Of a DNA stretch of 64,000 bases, positions 58,594 through 64,000 are shown piece by piece (position 1 is the stretch's first letter; the number at the start of each line of letters is the position of its first letter). The position numbers were made by a program, and so were the translations under genes. The DNA is from Candidatus Poribacteria bacterium. GTDB taxonomy: Bacteria; Poribacteria; WGA-4E; WGA-3G. Where the stretch lies: contig OZ246958.1 in the NCBI GenBank assembly GCA_965232115.1, forward strand, positions 4,098,841-4,162,840, written 5' to 3'. Below the pieces are notes generated by a model. It searched no databases. It was not told where the DNA came from and worked only from the letters and a program-made list of their open reading frames with translations.

Positions 58594-58706
58594 TTTTTTT
58601 CAAGAAAAGTTAAACAAGGTGAACACGCGTACATTTGGTAAATTATATCACATATTAGGGGTCGTGTCAAATTTAGAATTCAGTCTATCCACACACCTGC
58701 TTTACA

Positions 58707-59549
58707 TTACCGGTACGTATGCATGCTGTCTAAAAAGAGGTCTACACCAACATAGGTACAGAGAACAGCAACAAACCCGAGGATTGCGGCGTAGGCGGCT
58801 CTGCGTCCGTGCCATCCCCAAAATTGGCGGATACCGATTTGCGCCACATAGATAAGCCACGTCACCAGTGTAGAGATTACCTTCGCATCAATCCATCTCC
58901 ACGGCACATCTCGGATATATTGCGTCCAGAGACTTCCAACAATAACTCCCATTGTGAGCAGAATTACGCCGAGAATCGTGCAGCGATATCCAAGTTCATC
59001 GGAAATACCGAGAGAGGGTAGAAGGTTGTCAAGAAGAGCATCCGCTTTTCTACGAATTTTCCGCTCTGCTATCAGATACATCAACCCAAATCCAAAAGCA
59101 GCAATGAATGCGGCGTAGGCAAGAAAAATAAGTGAGGTATGCGCCAAAAGCCAGTAGTTTTGCAAGGGTTCGGGGAGGGCAGCGGCGTGCGTTGCGAAAC
59201 TATATGAAATGAGTATCGCAATAAAAGCAACCGGCATGACGAAGCTGCCGAGTGTGCGGAGCTGCGTTAAACGCACAATGAGTAGATAAATCAGCGTGAT
59301 CGCCCATGCGAAAAAAGCAATGGAGTCTGTCCAGTGTGTCATCGGAAAATGCCCCTGCAATAGCCACCAAAGTGCGATAAAAACAGTCAAAAAGGCGAAA
59401 CCGATGATGGTACACCAAAAAGCAATTCGTTCGATAGTTGGGCGAATTACGGAGGCTTCAGTCCGATTGCCGATAGCCAGCGAAAGGGTGTGAAAAATGC
59501 TTGCTGCTAAGTATATTAAAAGGGTGACGAGAAACAGAAAATTTATCAT
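58707..59549 (-). CDS. cytochrome c assembly protein-family (CcsA/HemX-like) membrane protein
   Basis: 8 TM helices. Trp-rich segment (WTQYIRDVPWRWIDAKV). Sits immediately upstream of hemA, like B. subtilis hemX. Confidence 0.55.
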   Translation of the reverse strand: MINFLFLVTLLIYLAASIFHTLSLAIGNRTEASVIRPTIERIAFWCTIIGFAFLTVFIALWWLLQGHFPMTHWTDSIAFFAWAITLIYLLIVRLTQLRTLGSFVMPVAFIAILISYSFATHAAALPEPLQNYWLLAHTSLIFLAYAAFIAAFGFGLMYLIAERKIRRKADALLDNLLPSLGISDELGYRCTILGVILLTMGVIVGSLWTQYIRDVPWRWIDAKVISTLVTWLIYVAQIGIRQFWGWHGRRAAYAAILGFVAVLCTYVGVDLFLDSMHTYR

Positions 59550-59612
59550 ATTCCCTGCTTTTTGAGACCATAAGGGCAGACAGCGTGTAGATATAACTGT
59601 CCTGCTGATGTG

Positions 59613-60476
59613 TTATTCGTTTTCATTTTCAGAGTTGGCGAGTTGTGCTTGGAGACGTTTTAACTCGGCTTCTATTGCCTGTCGTCGCTCTGATTCTTCT
59701 CTGGCGAGTCTTTCAGCTGCGAGGCGGCGTTCGGATTCGCTTACTGCGCGTTCTTCTGCTGCGAGGCGGCGTTCGGATTCGCTTACTGCGCGTTCTTCTG
59801 CTGCGAGGCGTAGGTAATGTTCTTCAACAGAAGTTGTAATGGGGGTGCCATCGGGGAGATAGGGGCGTAACAACCTGACATGCGTATGCAGTTGATCCTC
59901 CCATCGGAAATAGAGGTTTAGTGCTTGACTAAATAGCCCGCCTTGTACGTCTGGGACGATTTCAAGGATATCCCCCGATGGGCTTCGCCGCCACCCTCGA
60001 AACTCTGGGGGTTTCTTCATTTCAGGTTGATGGATGTAGTACTCTTGCGCCCCCATATCGTCGAGATAGACTTCAAATTTTCCATGCCGATCCCGATAGG
60101 CTGTTGAATCGGAAAGAAATTCAAAAATAGCTGTAGGGACGGCACCTTCTGACCATGTATAAAAACTCCGCCGCTGTGGATACTTCTCGACACCAAAAAC
60201 AACAAAAACATCCGGAGCAACGAATTTTCTGATGTCGCCTTCACGGTAGTAGATAAAACTGTCAACACCGACATAAATGTGTGGATGGGTTTGAAAGTAT
60301 CGCGAGATCTGGTCAGAAAAAACACGAATTTGTTCAGCGTGGTATCCGGTTGCGGACATAGGCTCGTCGTCCTCATAAGGGTAGCCTTCTATAAAAACGG
60401 TCGGTTTTCCGCTCGCTTTTGGAAAGACCGGCATATACTTTCTTTGCTTGAATTCAAAATCGTTTCGCGTATTCAT
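59613..60476 (-). CDS. Uma2-family (DUF820) endonuclease-fold protein with a repeat-containing coiled-coil tail
   Basis: Core (APDVFVVFGV, FEFLSDSTAY) is homologous to 27856-28527. The C-terminus has 14-aa repeats (AAEERAVSESERRL). Confidence 0.65.
   Translation of the reverse strand: MNTRNDFEFKQRKYMPVFPKASGKPTVFIEGYPYEDDEPMSATGYHAEQIRVFSDQISRYFQTHPHIYVGVDSFIYYREGDIRKFVAPDVFVVFGVEKYPQRRSFYTWSEGAVPTAIFEFLSDSTAYRDRHGKFEVYLDDMGAQEYYIHQPEMKKPPEFRGWRRSPSGDILEIVPDVQGGLFSQALNLYFRWEDQLHTHVRLLRPYLPDGTPITTSVEEHYLRLAAEERAVSESERRLAAEERAVSESERRLAAERLAREESERRQAIEAELKRLQAQLANSENENE
59719..59810. repeat. perfect 42-bp tandem repeat (2 full copies plus 8 nt) inside the Uma2 gene
   Basis: gcgaggcggcgttcggattcgcttactgcgcgttcttctgct at 59719-59760 is repeated identically at 59761-59802. 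42 is a multiple of 3, so the frame is kept. Confidence 0.9.
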
Positions 60477-60596
60477 GATTTTCTTCCTTTGTGCATCAAG
60501 GCAGGAATGTCTCTTATCCCCGTGAGATCGTTAAAGCAGTTCTCAACCGTTTTGAAAGTCTCGAAAAAGGCGTAACGTTTTTATTCTGATGCAATT

Positions 60597-61772
60597 TTAG
60601 CAACATTGGTGTGCTTTGTCAAGTAGTTTGGAGACAAAGGCATTCGCATGTTCCAGCCTACCATTCCGAACCCAGTTGAAGAAGCATTCAGCAGAACACT
60701 CCGGATTTGTAAGTCCAAGGCAGCATTTTGTAGGAGGGGTTTGTAACCCCAATACTGTATCTTCAACGCTGTCAATGAGCAACTCAAAAAAGTCAGCACG
60801 CTTCTTGGGTGTCGGAAAAGACTTAAGAATTTCAGAGCGGCGTGCACCGAGGAATTCGATAAATGCCCCGTACCCATTGTTTTCAAATTGGTTCGCGAGT
60901 TTCTTACGGAGTTGTTCTGCCTTCTCAGTTCCCGCACTGCTTCTGGCAGCGACGCTAATTATCAGGTTATCATCTGTTACAAGATGGGGTGTGAAATGGG
61001 TCCCGGCACCCGGTTCATCAAGATACTCCCAAATGAATCTGTCTCCATTTTCACACGGCGTGTTCACCGTAGATGTTTCGTCTGCAATAACGAGGAACGC
61101 ATCTTCAAGATAATGCCGATCCACAGTGTCGGGTGCCGGACATAAAACCGAAGCACCAGACTGGCGTAACAGCGAAACACGACGTTCAATCTCCTCCGTT
61201 TTCTGCTTACATAAAACAACACATTTTCGATTTTCTAACAGGAGATAGACCGGATACGGCAGTCCTTGGTTCTTAATCGGTACAGGTTTTTCAGCCTCAT
61301 AACCGAGCGTGTATAACGAATCTGCGTTTAGGAGGGTCTCAAAATATTCACGGATACGGCGGCTGGTTGCGGGACTTTTACCACTCGTTGAGATGCTAAG
61401 CATGAGTTCGCCGTCGGTTACGACCGAGGCAGCGGCGAAGGTGCATTGTGGGATCACGTCAACGACGTTGACTAAACGGATTTTATTTTTATCGTGTGCT
61501 TCCGCGAAAACAGCGGAATTGATATCTGTAAAATCAGTGGCAGCACAGACAAGAAAGTAGCCGTTGGTATCGCCTGGCTTCAACTGCCGCTTGTGCCAAC
61601 GGATTGTGCCGAGATGTGCAAGGAAAGTTAGCAATTCCGTTGCGTCCGGACTGATTACGGTAACGTCACCGCCACTGAGAAGCATAGCGACGACTTTTCG
61701 TTCGGCAACGGTGCCGCCACCGACAACGAGACATTTTCGGTCTTGAAGGTTTATGTATGCTGGATAAAACAT
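60597..61772 (-). CDS. precorrin-2 dehydrogenase/sirohydrochlorin ferrochelatase (SirC/CysG-N-like), internally duplicated
   Basis: N-terminus INLQDRKCLVVGGGTVAERKV (Rossmann GGG). A second, degenerate copy at ~aa 190 (LLLENRKCVVLCKQ...). Cys-rich C-terminal tail. Confidence 0.6.
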   Translation of the reverse strand: MFYPAYINLQDRKCLVVGGGTVAERKVVAMLLSGGDVTVISPDATELLTFLAHLGTIRWHKRQLKPGDTNGYFLVCAATDFTDINSAVFAEAHDKNKIRLVNVVDVIPQCTFAAASVVTDGELMLSISTSGKSPATSRRIREYFETLLNADSLYTLGYEAEKPVPIKNQGLPYPVYLLLENRKCVVLCKQKTEEIERRVSLLRQSGASVLCPAPDTVDRHYLEDAFLVIADETSTVNTPCENGDRFIWEYLDEPGAGTHFTPHLVTDDNLIISVAARSSAGTEKAEQLRKKLANQFENNGYGAFIEFLGARRSEILKSFPTPKKRADFFELLIDSVEDTVLGLQTPPTKCCLGLTNPECSAECFFNWVRNGRLEHANAFVSKLLDKAHQCC

Positions 61773-61857
61773 TTTAATGGTTGTCGGTCATCAGTTTTCA
61801 GTTATCGGTCAAAGAAGGTTCTAATTAACCATGCCCGTCTTAACCGACGACTATTTC

Positions 61858-62838
61858 TTATGACTCTCGTGAGACGACGTAATTTGCGAGTTGTTGTAGC
61901 GCGAGACGGGCGGGTGTCTCAGGAAAGGCTGCTAACGCTGCTTTGGCGCGGTCGGCGTAATCTTGTGCGATTTTCAGGCAGTAGGCTTCGACCCCATACC
62001 GCTGGAACAGAGATTCAACAAAAACAATCGCCTCTGTTTCGTCTGTATTGGGATTCAGGACTTTTTCCAGCATCTGTTTCTCATCATCATTACAAACACT
62101 CCGAGCATAAATGATCGGAAAAGTGAGTTTCCCTTCACGGAGGTCCCCGAACGTGTTTTTTCCCAATTTATCTGGGTTTTCTGCAAAATCAAGCACATCA
62201 TCAACAATTTGGAAGGCGATCCCAATTTGTTGTCCATAGACAGTAAGTGCTTCAATCTGTTTGGAATCGGTTGTGCCGAGATGCGCACCGAGGGTACAAG
62301 AAGCCGTAATCAGTTTACCCGTCTTGAAACTGATAATTTTGAGGTATTCGGTTTCGGAGATGTCGAAATCGCCACTTTTGTATGCGTGTATGACTTCACC
62401 TTCACACATCGCTTGCGTGGTATCAGCGAGGATTGCCATCGCTGGATCATCGGCGCGACGGGAGACGAGCATAGAGAGGACACGAGCGTGTAAGTAGTCT
62501 CCAACGAGGACTGCAACTTTATTACCCCACCTGGCATGTAAGGTTTCGCGCCCGCGGCGGATAGCTGCTTCATCAAGTACATCGTCATGAACAAGCGATG
62601 CGACATGGATGAGTTCAACAACAGCAGCGAGGGTATGTGTATCGCTGCCCTCATATCCACAGACTTTAGCAGAAAGCACAACAAGAATCGGACGGAGACG
62701 CTTACCACCCCCTCCAACGACGTGCTGGACTGCCATGTCAACGAAACTATATTCACTTGCGCTCTCTTCAGTAAGTCTCGTCTCAACAGCAGCGAGGTCG
62801 TCGGCAATCAATTGGACGATTTGATCAAAGTTGGACAT
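61858..62838 (-). CDS. polyprenyl diphosphate synthase (trans-IPPS, hepta/octaprenyl type)
   Basis: First DDxxD LVHDDVLDEA and second DDVLDF aspartate-rich motifs. Confidence 0.85.
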   Translation of the reverse strand: MSNFDQIVQLIADDLAAVETRLTEESASEYSFVDMAVQHVVGGGGKRLRPILVVLSAKVCGYEGSDTHTLAAVVELIHVASLVHDDVLDEAAIRRGRETLHARWGNKVAVLVGDYLHARVLSMLVSRRADDPAMAILADTTQAMCEGEVIHAYKSGDFDISETEYLKIISFKTGKLITASCTLGAHLGTTDSKQIEALTVYGQQIGIAFQIVDDVLDFAENPDKLGKNTFGDLREGKLTFPIIYARSVCNDDEKQMLEKVLNPNTDETEAIVFVESLFQRYGVEAYCLKIAQDYADRAKAALAAFPETPARLALQQLANYVVSRES

Positions 62839-62881
62839 AATATAGGGCAGCCCTTATGGCTGCCCTTCCCCTATTTTCCCC

Positions 62882-64000
62882 TTAGAGATCAGCCAATACT
62901 TGTGTTGCGGCTTGAACGGTTTTGTTGATATCGTCTTCGGAGTGAACCAAAGAGACAAAACCTGCCTCAAACTGAGAGGGTGCGACATAGACACCCCGTT
63001 CTACGAGTCCCCAGAAGTATTGTTGAAAACGATCCGTATCCGCTGTGCGGGCACCATCGGCATCTGTGACGGTTTCCGGCGTGAAGTAAAGCATCAACAT
63101 CGAACCGACACGACTGTGCCATGCGTCAACATTGTGTTCTTCTGTCGCCTCAGCGAGACCGTCTGCGAGCGCAGCAGCACTGTTCTCAAGTTGTTCATAA
63201 ACCCCTGGTTCAGCGAGCTTTTTCAGCGTTGTTATGCCTGCAGTAACGGCTAACGGATTACCCGATAGTGTTCCTGCTTGATAGACATCGCCTTCCGGTG
63301 CAACGCATCGCATGATGTCCCGTTTCCCGCCGTAAGCCCCAACAGGTAAACCGCCCCCAATAATCTTTCCTAAACAGGTCATGTCTGGCGTGACGTTATA
63401 GCGAGATTGTGCGCCGCCATAAGCCACTCGAAACCCTGTGATAACTTCATCAAAAATGAGTACAATGCCGTGCGCCTCCGTAATCTCACGGAGCTCATTG
63501 AGATAACCATCTCTGGGAGGGATGATACCCATATTCCCCATAATCGGTTCCAGAATGAGACATGCGATTTCGTCTGGATTGGCTTCTATAGTTTCTCGGA
63601 CAGCATCGGCGTCGTTAAATGGTACGGTGAGTGTATTGCGTGCGAAATCTTCAGGGACACCACCGCTATCAGAAAGCCCGAAAGTAGCGACCCCTGAACC
63701 TGCTTTTGCCAAGAGATAGTCCACGTGACCGTGATAGCATCCGTCAATTTTAATGATCTTATCGCGCCCGGTATACCCGCGTGCGACGCGAATCGCAGTC
63801 ATTGTGGCTTCAGTGCCAGAGTTGACGAGACGGACCTGCTCGATCGAAGGCACTGCATTAACAATGATTTCGGCGAGTTCCGTCTCCAATGTTGTCGGCG
63901 CACCAAAACTGGTGCCGTTTGCTGCTATCGCACTGATAGCGTCTACAACACTCGGATGGGCGTGTCCCAAAACCAAGGGACCCCAAGAGGCAACATAGTC
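62882..64000 (-). CDS. hemL: glutamate-1-semialdehyde 2,1-aminomutase (N-terminus beyond the window end)
   Basis: [16 protein letters not shown] and later class-III aminotransferase blocks. The PLP-Lys region and ORF continue past 64000. Confidence 0.85.
   Translation of the reverse strand, partial: DYVASWGPLVLGHAHPSVVDAISAIAANGTSFGAPTTLETELAEIIVNAVPSIEQVRLVNSGTEATMTAIRVARGYTGRDKIIKIDGCYHGHVDYLLAKAGSGVATFGLSDSGGVPEDFARNTLTVPFNDADAVRETIEANPDEIACLILEPIMGNMGIIPPRDGYLNELREITEAHGIVLIFDEVITGFRVAYGGAQSRYNVTPDMTCLGKIIGGGLPVGAYGGKRDIMRCVAPEGDVYQAGTLSGNPLAVTAGITTLKKLAEPGVYEQLENSAAALADGLAEATEEHNVDAWHSRVGSMLMLYFTPETVTDADGARTADTDRFQQYFWGLVERGVYVAPSQFEAGFVSLVHSEDDINKTVQAATQVLADL

Noticed and set aside
1-64000. 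tRNA, rRNA, integrase or transposase genes
   Set aside because: I scanned for T-loop GGTTCGA(A/T)TCC motifs and for integrase or transposase signatures in the translated ORFs. None was found, so no mobile element or RNA gene is called.

Overview
This 64-kb window is a bacterial chromosomal segment of about 50% GC, densely coded on both strands, with no rRNA, tRNA, CRISPR array, integrase or transposase detectable by eye. I support about 60 protein-coding features from the sequence. Nothing here is proven to be a new system; the candidates most worth a second look are the untranslated island at 3807-4863, the type II toxin-antitoxin pair with an unclassified antitoxin, the orphan microcompartment vertex gene, the 8-zinc-ribbon protein and the duplicated metalloprotease locus.

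Content, in order along the window:
- 1-1000: the C-terminal part of a beta-class DNA amino-methyltransferase, followed 12 nt later by a 221-aa ORF that is probably its restriction endonuclease partner (a putative type II restriction-modification pair).
- 1.2-27.7 kb: a long run of small-molecule 'tailoring' enzymes. It holds four phytanoyl-CoA-dioxygenase-family proteins, at least six class-I SAM methyltransferases, six GNAT-family acetyltransferases, an AAC(3)-type aminoglycoside acetyltransferase, an APH-like phosphotransferase, a sulfotransferase, two Gfo/Idh/MocA oxidoreductases, an enolase-superfamily enzyme, an adenosine-deaminase-family protein and others. RsgA, secreted proteins and a DUF5916/CBM9-like protein are interspersed.
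- 28.5-33.9 kb: two tandem, about 85% identical secreted HEXXH zinc metalloproteases (DUF4953-like), preceded by a Uma2-family (DUF820) endonuclease.
- 35.6-36.1 kb: a PemK/MazF-type toxin with an overlapping, non-canonical upstream antitoxin ORF.
- 40.6-41.5 kb: an 8x CxxC multi-zinc-ribbon protein.
- 43.7-44.3 kb: an ECF sigma factor with no adjacent anti-sigma gene.
- 46.3 kb: an isolated EutN/CcmL-type microcompartment vertex gene next to a 5-formyltetrahydrofolate cyclo-ligase.
- 47.4-51.5 kb: an exported-protein cluster (ComEA, an FG-GAP/CRTAC1-like protein, a TPR protein).
- 54.8-64.0 kb: a heme/siroheme cluster on the minus strand (hemL, polyprenyl synthetase, a duplicated SirC-like protein, a CcsA/HemX-like protein, hemA, hemC, a cobA-hemD fusion), interrupted by a second Uma2-family gene that carries a perfect 42-bp tandem repeat.

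Two AT-rich non-coding islands (3807-4863 and 19323-20152) carry consensus sigma70 promoters, palindromic operator-like sites and tandem repeats.

All calls are from reading the sequence and recognising motifs. No database search was run.
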